DNA from: Ascidiella aspersa
Lineage: Eukaryota
Direction of reading: 5' to 3'
Length of the DNA stretch: 64,000 nucleotides
Assembly: GCA_963924565.1 (NCBI GenBank)
Contig: OZ004611.1
Span: 7,874,001-7,938,000, forward strand
In this document: piece after piece, positions 12,831 to 23,482 of the stretch
Numbering within the stretch: the stretch's first letter is position 1
Layout of the letters: each line of letters opens with the position of its first letter
Program-made: the position numbers and the translations under genes
The notes under the pieces: generated by a model
What the model was told of the DNA's origin: nothing
Database searches by the model: none
What the model saw: the letters and a program-made list of their open reading frames with translations, nothing else

Positions 12831-14274
12831 AATCATTATTTACAAATATACCATCATTATTGCAAATTTGAATTACATCGTCAGAAAAATCCACTAATTC
12901 ATCAACACATTCAATAATTTTAGTAGGAAACTCAACACTTGCAACCATCATTTTTATTCACATATGGTGCATAATCATTACCTTCACAAAATTCCCTATC
13001 TACTGAGTCAATATAATTACCATCACTCAACATTTTATGTACACGGTCAGAATTGCTTAAACCAGGGTCAACTGCTGTTGTTGGATGTGAAAAAACATTA
13101 TCCTGATTTTTATAATTTAACATCTTGTCGTGACAGACAAGCTCCAAGGTATGCTGCCATTTAGATTCAGAATATTGGCTAGGTGAGGAACTTTTAAAAA
13201 TATAGGGAGGGTGAAACCAGTCTTTGCAGCATTCTACTATTTAGATCATGCTCAATATAATACTCCTTTATTTCCACATGGAGAAAACCTACAAGTGTTA
13301 TGTAAATTTTGTGATAAATTTTGCCGAAATACCATGTCTGATATGCATTACTCTTTTTGTGTTTTTCATATTGGGTTGTATTGAAATAATTTTTAAATAT
13401 TTTACAACAATTCCGTACGAAAGGTTTTCAGGAATGGAGTCCAACAATGTTGCAAGAGATATTATAGCTTTTGTGGATAAATTACATTTTTTGCGATGTA
13501 GTGATGCCGGATGGTCATTACAATTTTGTTTTCTGTCAATTTTGTTTATAAGTTGAGTAAGGAAGAGTATTTTTATTATTTTCATATAGGCTTAAAATGC
13601 GCTTCAGTCGTGCTTGGTAAAGATAAGTGCCGAAACCAGTAATTTTTGGCCAAAAAATGTTTTGCTAACTCTTTGTTGAGACATTTTGAACCCTGAGAAT
13701 GTAAGGATGAGGCAAGTAAGTTTTGCCTCCAACTCTTAATTTAAAGCCTCGAATCTGCTTTTTTATGACAAAAATATGGAACAGAAAGAGGCTTCGGCCC
13801 TCACCACGACCCTTGGCCGAAGAATGAGGAGGGACAGAAAGAGGCAAGTGGCGATCACTCTCCCTTCGGGCGGCAACGCCACGCATCCAAAGGAGTAGTA
13901 GAGTGGGCGATACGGGGAGCTCTTGCACCGCTTGCTACTCTGGCAAAGGATGGCAAGCATCCGATGTTGAAGCACCATCTAGGTACATTAGAATAAGTAA
14001 GTAAAATGTAAATTCACTGTAAAATATTAGCTAGTTTTTATTCGAGGCCTAACTGTGTCGTAATTACGTGGTAGACCCTTGCGGTTTTGCAATGATGTGC
14101 GGTTGCTGAAATTCGACATGCTTTTAACCCATATTCTTATATAATCCAAAACAAAAAGCCCTGCCTGTCCTGGTAGGAAACGTAAACAACAGACTATATA
14201 CAGCATAAAATTTTAGTACAAAATAACATTCTTTGTTTTGCTTTGTAGTTAACGGTTTAAACTATTCATTATAC

Positions 14275-15707
14275 CATCGCTCGTGTGACGAACTTCTTCT
14301 CTCTCCTGGACCACCCACGAGCCTGGATGAGGGCGCCCATGTGTGGTCCTCGATGCTGGCCATGTACCTCCGTAGACCAGCATCAGAGAGATGCACATCA
14401 TCGCTCCACATCTCCCTCTCCTCGCCGATGTCGAAGTGAAGAAACGAAAGTTTCTCACGACGTGCGCAGCACGGGGACCGGTCTCCGGGAGGATCTCGGC
14501 GAGTACGATCTAAGTAACATGATTTTGCAAGTTAAGTGTAGTACTACTGCATTGTTATAGCTATATGTTGCGTCAAGGTAGAGATGTTCGTATGTACAAA
14601 CACGTTTTTGTATCTCCAAATATGACTTTTATATAGATTCACATACGTGTATCGGACATTTTTTTAGTAATTTGGATTTCATTACTTTAGGAAACAAACC
14701 TCGGAACCGGGATAGCACACTTTGCACCGATGTCGTTGTCCCACCACATCCTGAACTCGTTGTGCAAGAACGATGTAGCTCACGTTCTCGAACCGCGTCC
14801 CCTCCGTCAGCTCGATCGCACCATGGTCGACCCCCCCGCCTGGGATCGAAATCGCAGATAGAGAAAACACCTCGCTCGCGCACTTAACCACCTGAAAAAT
14901 GAATTAGGTCAACATAGTATTAGGAACAAAAAAGTAATGCTGTGGACCAAATTAGTTTTGTCTGTATTTTTGTTAATAAGAAAATGAATAGAACCTTGCC
15001 TATATATGAACTTATCCAGTGGTCGGCAAACTGTTGGCCGCGGCCCTAATACTTTTAAATAGCTTGTTATAATATATGTTGTGGGCCGCGTGATAGCCGT
15101 ACATTCATTGCACTATATGTTTTAAAATTACATGTGGCTTAAAAATATTAAATTGTCTCAGTGTTCAGACCCACGTGCCAAATGTGGTCGTGAGTAGGTC
15201 AACCTGTCGAACTATATTCTTTTACCAACATTAACTATAGTAAACGTAAAATTTTTCGCGCTTGGTGCGTATATTTTTCGTTTCATAGTGTGTTTTACAT
15301 GATGGCAGTGACAGTGTTTTGTCTATCAAGGCGCCGCTTAATACTTTACCTTCAAACAAATATTCTGAATCCGCTACTGTTTTCCTACTAGTTTTTACAT
15401 AGTGGGCCTTTAATAGCTCTAATAAGACTACTTTGGGCCGCGACAAAACAAGTTTGCCGATCACTGAACTAATCCAATATTTTCAAAAATAATATATTTC
15501 GTTTAATAGTGACAGAGGCGGCCTTGACCTAGAGCATTTAATAATTATGCAAGACTGAAGTTCCATACAGTTTTTGGATATAATCGGTTTTATTTGACCA
15601 TGTTTATAATTTGTATATTTGCTTTGGCTTCATTTTATGTCTACCTGTGGATGAACGATGTTCCGTCCATTGCTGTCGGTGACGAGCAGGACTGTGGGCA
15701 GGCTGGA
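14275..15707 (-). pseudogene. Spliced SGNH/GDSL hydrolase-like gene (copy 1), disrupted
   Basis: Exon 15645-15707 LLVTDSNGR (block I Ser); exon 14700-14891 SIPGG (block II, GTND lost by a small deletion); exon about 14275-14509 IVLAEILP...DDVHLSDAGL (block V DxxH). GT-AG boundaries with a phase-0 join. Confidence 0.75.
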
Positions 15708-16019
15708 CTGAAAAGAAATATTTTTCATAGGTTGAAGTGTTGTTGTGTCAATTAAAATAAAACAACAACAAAGAATTAAGGTCAATCATCTGTATTAACG
15801 ATAATAATTGATGTTTGACGGTGGAGAGCAGTAAAATTATTAATTTTTTTTATTCTCGTTACACAAATATTAAATGCAACGTGTATTGCTGGCGAGTATT
15901 ACGCTGTAACTAATAATATTCTTTTACTGTTTTGAACTTATAAAAGATGAATTGCTGTATAATATCATTTTTATAAATACGACTAAAATGGACTATTATT
16001 ACGTTTGACTCTAAGGCTA

Positions 16020-16250
16020 CCTCGGAAACTGGATACCACTCCCGACATACATCGATGATGTTCTTACACTTGGCACCGATGTCGTTGTCCCACCACCTTC
16101 TGAAGTCGTTGGTGCCAAGTGCAAGAACGATGTAGCTCACGTTCTCGAACCGCGTCACATCAGCCAGCTCGATCGCACCATGGTCGATCTCCCCGCCTGT
16201 GATCGAAATCGCAGACAGAGAGAACACCTCGCTCGCGCACTTCACCACCT
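16020..16250 (-). pseudogene. Paralogous SGNH exon retaining block III
   Basis: VVKCASEVFSLSAISITGG...YIVLALGTNDF; high similarity to 14700-14891. Confidence 0.75.
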
Positions 16251-16629
16251 TGAAATACACATTAAGTTTACATGTTTTTCGTAAAAAAATATATTTGCTC
16301 GTAAAAAAATATCGTTTATATCCATCAGTGTTTCCCAACCTTTTTGACACTAGTGCCCCCTTGGGCTCAATATTATTTCATATCGCCCCCATCATCTTGC
16401 TTTACAGTAAAGTATTAATTCACCAGGTTAGGTCATTACCAGGAAAATTTAACTTTCGGCACCAATATCAGGAGGGGTCGGCAACCTTTTCTAGTCACGG
16501 GCACTAATCAAACTCTGAAAGGTCTCTGTCGGCCGCACAGAATGTTAACTAAGAATTGTGCTATTTAAATGTTAAGACAACTGCAGAATCGAAGATGAAC
16601 CGATTAGTGTTTTCTTTTAAGTAATATGC

Positions 16630-17383
16630 AGAACGAATATTAGGCTTCCGAAAAAGTATTTGGTCTATTTTCTAAATCGCCCTTGATTTCTTTACTACAC
16701 GAGTAAAAATACTGCCATATATTTTGACGAATATTAGGCTTCGAAAAAGTCATTTCGCTGGAAATTTCTTAATCAGATGAGTGAGAGACCAATCTTATTC
16801 TATTTAGTGTGTTTCATAGTAGCTACCTAGCAATTTTTATAAACTTTCTCAGTTCGGATAGTTTTCAAAATCGCGCTTGATTTCTTGTCTATACGCGTAA
16901 AATGTCAACATTTTTTGACGAATATTTAGGGAGAGACCAATCTTATTTTATTTAGTATGTTCCATAGTAGCTACATAGCATTTTTATAAACTTCTTCAGT
17001 TTGGATAGTTTTCAAAATCTATACGCGTAAAATGTCAACATTTTTTGACGAATATTAGGCTTCGAAAAAGTCATTTCGCTTAAATTTCTTAATCAGGTTA
17101 GCGAGAGACCAATCTTATTTTATTTAGTATGTTCCATAGTAGACATAGCATTTTTTATAAACTCCCTCAGTTCGGATAGTATTCAAAATCGCCCTTGATT
17201 TTTCTCTTCTCTATACGCGTAAAATGTCAACATTTTTTGACGAATATTAGGCTTCGAAAAAGTCATTTCGCTGGAAATTTCTTAATCAGATGAGTGAGAG
17301 ACCAATCTTATTTTTGTTCCATACGAAGAATATTAGGCTTCGAAAAAGTCATTTCGCTGTAAATTTCTTAATCAGATGAGCGA
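16630..17383. repeat. Minisatellite-like array of about 180-bp units
   Basis: Repeated GAATATTAGGCTTCGAAAAAGTCATTTCGCT..TTTCTTAATCAG..GAGACCAATCTTATT..TATACGCGTAAAATGTCAACATTTTTTGACG; 4-5 imperfect units. Confidence 0.9.
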
Positions 17384-18368
17384 CACTTAACCACCTGAAA
17401 AATGAATTAGGTCAACATAGTATTAGGAACAAAAAAGTAATGCTGTGGACCAAATTATTTTTGTCTGTATTTTTGTTAATAAGAAAATGAATAGAACCTT
17501 ACCTATATATGAACTAATCCAGTGGTCGGCAAACTGTTGGCCGCGGCCCTAATACTTTTAAATAGCTTGTTATAATATATGTTGTGGGCCGCGTGATAGC
17601 CGTACATTCATTGCACTATATGTTTTAAAATTACATGTGGCTTAAAAATATTATATTGTCTCAGTGTTCAGACCCACGTGCCAAATGTGGTCGTGAGTAG
17701 GTCAACCTGTCGAACTATATTCTTTTACCAACATTAACTATAGTAAACGTAAAATTTTTCGCGCTTGGTGCGTATATTTTTCGTTTCATAGTGTGTTTCA
17801 CATTATGATGGCAGTGACAGTGTTTTGTCTATCAAGGCGCCGCTTAATACTTTACCTTCAAACAAATATTCTGAATCCGCTACTGTTTTCCTACTAGTTT
17901 TTACATAGTGGGCCTTCTAATAAGACTACTTTGGGCCGCGACAAAACAAGTTTGCCGATCACTGAACTAATCCAATATTTTCAAAAATAATATATTTCGT
18001 TTAATAGTGACAGAGGCGGCCTTGACCTAGAGCATTTAATAATTATGCAAGACTGAAGTTCCATACAGTTTTTGGATATAATCGGTTTTATTTGACCATG
18101 TTTATAATTTGTATATTTGCTTTGGCTTCATTTTATGTCTACCTGTGGATGAACGATGTTCCGTCCATTGCTGTCGGTGACGAGCAGGACTGTGGGCAGG
18201 CTGGACTGAAAAGAAATATTTTTCATAGGTTGAAGTGTTGTTGTGTCAATTAAAATACAACTAATAAACAAAATAAAACAACAACAAAGAATTAAGGTCA
18301 ATCATCTGTATATTAACGATAATAATTGATGTTTGACGGTGGAGAGCAGTAAAATTATTAATTTTTTT
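17384..18368. repeat. Near-identical direct duplication of 14881-15850, including the SGNH first exon and a MITE
   Basis: Both copies start CACTTAACCACCTGAAAAATGAATTAGG and stay colinear for about 970 bp with a few indels. Confidence 0.95.
17520..17964. mobile_element. hAT MITE with 8-bp TSD (duplicate copy at 15017-15466)
   Basis: TIRs CAGTGGTCGGCAAAC/GTTTGCCGATCACTG; perfect TSD AACTAATC, with one mismatch in the other copy. Confidence 0.9.
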
Positions 18369-18489
18369 AAAAATAATAAAAAAAATATAAAAAATAATTA
18401 AAAATAATTGAAAACAACACAATAAAATATGTTTTTTTAATAAATTACACCAGACTTTTGAAAGACATGGGAGTTGTTACCAACCATTA

Positions 18490-19288
18490 ACTATTGTGGG
18501 CCAGCAGCCTAAAGCCGCAGCAACATTTTACAGTCTCCCCATTCCTCTCCCAAACTGTATAGCACAAAGAAGATCCTCCACGTTTATTGATGCTTTTCCA
18601 ATGAATTCATTAACAACTAAAAATTGTCGGACTTGACATCCATCAAAGCGCTTAAGAAGCATGCTTGAAGTCCCTGCATCCAGCAATCGCCGTCTTATCT
18701 CATACGTAACTGGACTGAGCAACATCGAGAAGAATTTCTGGCTGAAAATCGTAGAATGGTATGGCGCAGAAGCCGAGATTCCAAACTCGGCACACTTCAG
18801 CAAAAACTCAAACAGACGCTCAAAACCCGAGAATCATTAACCAGACAAAGAGAAAAAGTTACTCCAAAATGCAGAAATTTGAACTGCGCAGAAATGGACT
18901 GTGAAACTTGAACGAATAATTTCCACTCCGTCAGGCAGCGCCCTAAAGCCGGATCTCTATTACACATTACATCTGGTATGCTGCTATTCCCTATAAATCT
19001 GACGAGGACTAGCTTTGAAAAGCAACAAGATCAAGAAGTATTGTGCCCATCGCAAGTTTCCTGCAGTTCCTAAAAAACACACCAGATGTTATAATGCGTC
19101 TATGGGTCAGTACCATTAAAAAAAGTCTCAAAATCTTCCGAAATTATTATCAATGGCTTTAGATGTAGAATATGTCTATAACAGACACGCGTCGTGCGAG
19201 TCAAACTATCCTTTGCGTGGCAGTGAAACCAACATTTTGAAATATGCGAAGTAACAATTCACCAAAATGGCCTATACTAGTCGAACAA
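18490..19288 (+). mobile_element. R2-type retrotransposon 3' fragment (thumb, restriction-like endonuclease, 3'UTR), degraded
   Basis: Plus-strand LKPQQ, E..ISTPSGSALKPDL and KIKKY motifs. The element ends exactly before the 28S R2 target sequence TAGCCAAA. Confidence 0.8.
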
Positions 19289-19430
19289 TAGCCAAAAGAT
19301 ATTCATCTGGATTAGTGACGCACATGGGAATGGATTAACTAGATTCCCGCTGTCCATATCTACTATCTAGGGAAACCACAGCCAAGGGAAGTGAAGAAGT
19401 CCCTGTTTAGCTTGACTTTAGTCCGCCGAC
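19289..19430 (+). rRNA. 28S rRNA pseudogene fragment beginning at the R2 insertion site
   Basis: TAGCCAAA..TCATCT..ATTAGTGACGC.CATG..AATGGATTAAC.AGATTCCC.CTGTCC.TATCTACTATCTAG.GAAACCACAGCCAAGGGAA [deletion] AAGAAG.CCCTGTT.AGCTTGACT.TAGTC matches conserved eukaryotic LSU rRNA. Confidence 0.92.
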
Positions 19431-19726
19431 ATGGGAACACCCGTGCCCGCCTATCCTGTCTGCAGGGATTTCTGGCTTGTGGCACCCAAGTCTTTTTCAA
19501 TTTAAATATGTACTTTTTTCAATATAGCTTATGTAGATTTCAATTTTTTACCTTCGTATGTTTTTCACACAAATAACAAGTTTCTAATGAATTCTGTTTT
19601 ATTTTAAATAACGCGTGCGTTTTAACATAAAGACTATCTTTTAAATAGGGCTTCTGTTGAAGTTTCCAATGAACTGAACGTCAATTAAAGTTTTTTTTTA
19701 TTTTCAATAACGCCCGGCACAACACA

Positions 19727-20497
19727 CTAACGTTTAAATACAATGCTTCTTTTCCGGAGTCGAAGATAAATTTCCGGTTGGCTGGTTGCAAACAAGCTTT
19801 GACTTCCCACTTGCGAAGATTCCTGTCGTCTTTGTATCATCATTTCTCGCAACGACCGTCTCCGAGTAACTTGTGGTGACAAACCTGTAATCATCCTTGA
19901 AGTGACGTCTTTTTGGGCAGCCTCAGAATACGACGACATATCTTTGTCATTCTTGAACTTGATTAGGTTGGGGTTGTCTTTGGATTGTTCCGCAACTGCA
20001 GGCAAGTTGCACAACATCGCCTTGCCAATCTTCATATGGATTCCCATGAGGTACAACGAAGCACCCACTTCAATCGCCTGGTTAATGTAGGCTTCGCTTG
20101 TTTCGCTTAAATTAGAAAATTCCCGCGAAATCGCCGTCAGTTCTTCGAATGCTTTGGTGACACTGAGATGATTTTCTTCACCTTTCCTGAAATGACTGCT
20201 ATGCTTTATTAAAGCGCTGACCGACGTGCCTACCTCGGCAAGATTCTCTTCTTCGGATAGCAAAGTTAGGTCTTCTTGGATCCGTTTCCAATTTGTTTCC
20301 AGTGTTTCGTGCATTTCTGAAACAGCAATTCCTGGCCTAGCAAGCCACTCCGTCGTGAATGGCTTGATGTGGTTGAAAATGTATTCATCCGTCATGTTTA
20401 TTGCTGGTATGGTTGCAATGCCGTATGGTTTAAGGAAGTCCTTAGGAAAATGACTAAAGTAATTAATTCCAGTTTGTTTTTTTGGTGAAGTAGTCAT
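19727..20497 (-). CDS. Intact intronless 256-aa ORF of unknown function (predicted helical)
   Basis: ATG-initiated, uninterrupted 771-bp ORF with protein-like composition and higher GC than its flanks; no motif recognised. Confidence 0.6.
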   Translation of the reverse strand: MTTSPKKQTGINYFSHFPKDFLKPYGIATIPAINMTDEYIFNHIKPFTTEWLARPGIAVSEMHETLETNWKRIQEDLTLLSEEENLAEVGTSVSALIKHSSHFRKGEENHLSVTKAFEELTAISREFSNLSETSEAYINQAIEVGASLYLMGIHMKIGKAMLCNLPAVAEQSKDNPNLIKFKNDKDMSSYSEAAQKDVTSRMITGLSPQVTRRRSLREMMIQRRQESSQVGSQSLFATSQPEIYLRLRKRSIVFKR

Positions 20498-20634
20498 ATT
20501 TTAAGTTTTTGAACAGCTACTGTAAAAAGAAAATTTTCACTGTTGGTAAAACGGCACACATTAGTTACAGGATAACGGAAAGCCTTCATTAAAATTGTCG
20601 ACTGAATTAGGATTTTCGTGCTAGACAAAGCTAA

Positions 20635-20741
20635 AAAATCAACTAGCGTGCTGAATGGTTCGAACGCATGACCTGCTACGCAGAAACATGAGCTCAGTCC
20701 TAGGTCATGCGTTCGAACCATTGTGCACGCTAGTTGATTTT
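20635..20741. repeat. Hairpin: 40-bp arms (2 mismatches), 27-nt loop
   Basis: 20635-20674 AAAATCAACTAGCGTGCtgAATGGTTCGAACGCATGACCT is the reverse complement of 20702-20741. Confidence 0.95.
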
Positions 20742-20747
20742 CTAGAC

Positions 20748-21415
20748 CAGGTTGGTCCAAGGTTGACAGCATCGCTGGAAGTGCTACTTGCGTGCCAGGG
20801 GAGGATCAACCATTTTTGTTTGGTAGTGGTATGAAATATTTAAAGATGACGCCCCAAGCATCATCAGAAAGTAACATCGAATAACATATAAGCTAAAAAA
20901 AACTGGTGCTCTCGTAGGGCTTTTGCACAAAAAAGAAAAAAATTGCGTATTTAACAAAGTTTTTAATTTAGAATACTGCATTCTATGAGCATTGAATGTT
21001 TTTTTTTAAAACTAGATCAATTTTGTCAGGCGTGTTAAGCCTTTAGTCGCAGTGAAAACCTGTAAAATAATACTTTGTAGAAGAAGCGCGATATATTTTA
21101 TCGTTCATTTACTTAAAGTTGCAAAAATAGTAATTTGTATATGGTCGCACTTTTTATATTATGTTTAGTGAGTGGTCCATTGAAAAGACGGAAAACAAAA
21201 CGCAGCTATAACTTATAAGTTCGCAAATCTTTCAATCCGGCCTACAACATTTCAAAAATTAGGCATTCTTGACACGACCCTTAATCCGAACTTGAGCCAA
21301 CCGCTGGATTAAACCCTTAAGGTACGCATTGCAATGGTTCAACAATGCTCGCGGGAAACAAAAAATGATGTCGTGGGCCACATATGGCCCGCGGGCCTTG
21401 GTTTGGACCACCCTG
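20748..21415. mobile_element. hAT MITE with perfect 8-bp TSD
   Basis: TIRs CAGGTTGGTCCAA/TTGGACCACCCTG; TSD TTCTAGAC on both sides. Confidence 0.9.
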
Positions 21416-21453
21416 TTCTAGACAATACTGGCTTTTCGGCCAGCTTTCACTTA

Positions 21454-21478
21454 GCCTGGTAGCTCAGTCGGTATAGCA
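21454..21478 (+). other. tRNA-like 5' half (Pol III A box), possibly a SINE head remnant
   Basis: GCCTGGTAGCTCAGTCGGTATAGCA resembles a tRNA acceptor and D-arm; no B box or 3' half follows. Confidence 0.4.
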
Positions 21479-23482
21479 ACGGTTTCCGTTTGGCCATATT
21501 TGCACAAGAAAACCCTGGTTTGGCGACTAGTTTCAGCGAGCCTTCCGAAAACATCGTGTGTTTAAAAAAAGACCGTAATTTATAAATATTGACTGCTAAT
21601 AAAGTATCTTTAGTCTCTAAATTCAGAAAATATTAGGTAAAACAGGCAAATATTGTCATAACTTATGACTTTGCATTAATCAATATAAAAACAAAATTAA
21701 GTTACCCAAATAGAAAGAGTGACCGATTTACAACAACAACGTATAGTTTGGAGATGTGACATTATAGATATTACGCATTGCTTTTGTAAACTACTTACAC
21801 TCTTTCTATTTGGGTAACTACACAAAGTCAATTAGTCTGAAAAAATACATTTTATCTTTGATTTAGGTACACTATGTACGAAATCTCAAGTAAAAACGCT
21901 TCTCGATTGTTCGCAGCCAAAATGCAATATTACTTTTAAACGAGAAATTAACAACGACTGGAGGTTCAATTTCTGCGTCCATGTAAACGATTTAACAGAT
22001 TTTACCTGGATTGCACGTTTTTTAGCCAATAAGTTGCTTGCTTATTTCTAAAAAATTCAGTTTGTGCAGCAACTGCAAATGCTCTGACTGTACCCTGTGT
22101 GCTTGTAAAATGATGTATCTGTCTTTTTAAAGATTTTAGTTGAACAATGACGATAATGCAGTTTTTAATGTATTTTTACTACACAATGATGATATCCAAT
22201 GGAGTCGTTATGTTATCGCAGTCTGCAAGAGTGACCGATTTTCAACAATAGCGGCTGGCGCGGAAGTGATGTGATATCGTCGATAACACGCAGCGCTTCC
22301 TTCTGTTTTGTCTGGCGTCTATCAGGAATCTCGTGATGTCCCAAATATCATCTGAATGAATTTAACTTTGAAATATAACACAAATGAGCATAGAGATTCG
22401 TTAAGCAAGTCTTTTGAAAATTAGTCATTACAATTATAACACTGGGCTTTAACATTAAAACACTCTTTTGAGTAGGCTAATCTATTTCCAAATCGTAAGT
22501 GGCGTTCTGAATGCAGCGAATTCTTCTGGCACACCAGCTAGTTTCCTGTCGAGTTGTTTTCGCCATTACTGTTGATTACCATTTTTAAGGCGCCAAATAA
22601 AATTGTCAACACACGTGTGTGGTCGGGGTAAGAGCTGATAACAACGAATTCTGGCACACCGGTTAGCGTCCTGTCGAATAATAGGACGCCGAGTCGTGCT
22701 TTGCACTTCTAGTTTGACGAAATTTTGCTTTGTGTTTAATCCATTGTATTTTTAGGGCGTGGTTCTTTCAGGCGCAAACAAAGGAGTTGACAACACGCGT
22801 TTGGGATATTGCAGCGTTCTATAGGGAAAGACGTGACGAATTATTACACAACAGTTTCCTTTCGAGTTTATTTGCATGCTAACCAATAAGACGCCCAGTC
22901 GTTTTTTGCAATTACTGTTGATTGACAAATAATTGGCAACACTCGTGTAGTTAGTGCTTGCTTTAACGCCTCTTTATTTTGAATTTCAATTTACAGATTT
23001 TAGGTAAAACTTCGTCACAACACATAATATTTTTTGTAAACCGACAATTTGGCACATGCATATCCTCTTAACAGGGAAGTTATTTATTACAAAAGGCTTT
23101 ATTTATTATACCCCTCTTGTAATATAATAGGTCTACCGCAAATGCATACTCCTCGTAGAGGGAGTGAAGCGCAAGTTATCCTGAAAATAACCTGAGCCCT
23201 CAATAAAAATATTTTATGTTTTAAACTAAAAGGACAAGATTGCAATCTCGTGTTTAAATCAATGAGTAACTAAGAATTGTCTGTTTTCCCACCAGGATAC
23301 GGACAGTGTTTATGGTAACAAGATAGATTGATGTAAACTATTCGTTAAGTCTCATTGATCAGTTCAACGGAGCCTAATAAAAACTAAAGGGGTTACCGTT
23401 TATCTTAATGTTGTTTAACAACGAAGCTTTTGATAAACAACTGTTTGTCAAATCCGACTTTGTTTATTATCATTGTTTATGG

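Larger units (their letters stand above)
8245..13585 (-). pseudogene. Degraded MULE-superfamily (NOF-FB-like) transposon polyprotein: PHD-PHD-DDE transposase-Ulp1 (C48)-USP (C19)
   Basis: Colinear minus-strand motifs: two PHD copies (about 13150-13290 and 12690-12830), YLDATGSV (about 11441-11463), PLPVS..HDSISISHFL, IHNCYSH (CxxH, about 11154-11171), MLGDLSRH, TQGVIEGHFRDVK (about 10580-10620), then Ulp1 and USP catalytic boxes. Many frameshifts. Confidence 0.75.

Noticed and set aside
16630-17383. CRISPR-like repeat array
   Set aside because: Units are about 180-bp tandem copies with no unique spacers, the context is eukaryotic, and there are no cas genes.
19289-19430. Functional rDNA unit
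   Set aside because: About 140 bp only, with substitutions and an internal deletion, and no flanking rDNA.
21454-21540. Functional tRNA gene
   Set aside because: Only the 5' half is tRNA-like; there is no anticodon arm, T-arm or B box.
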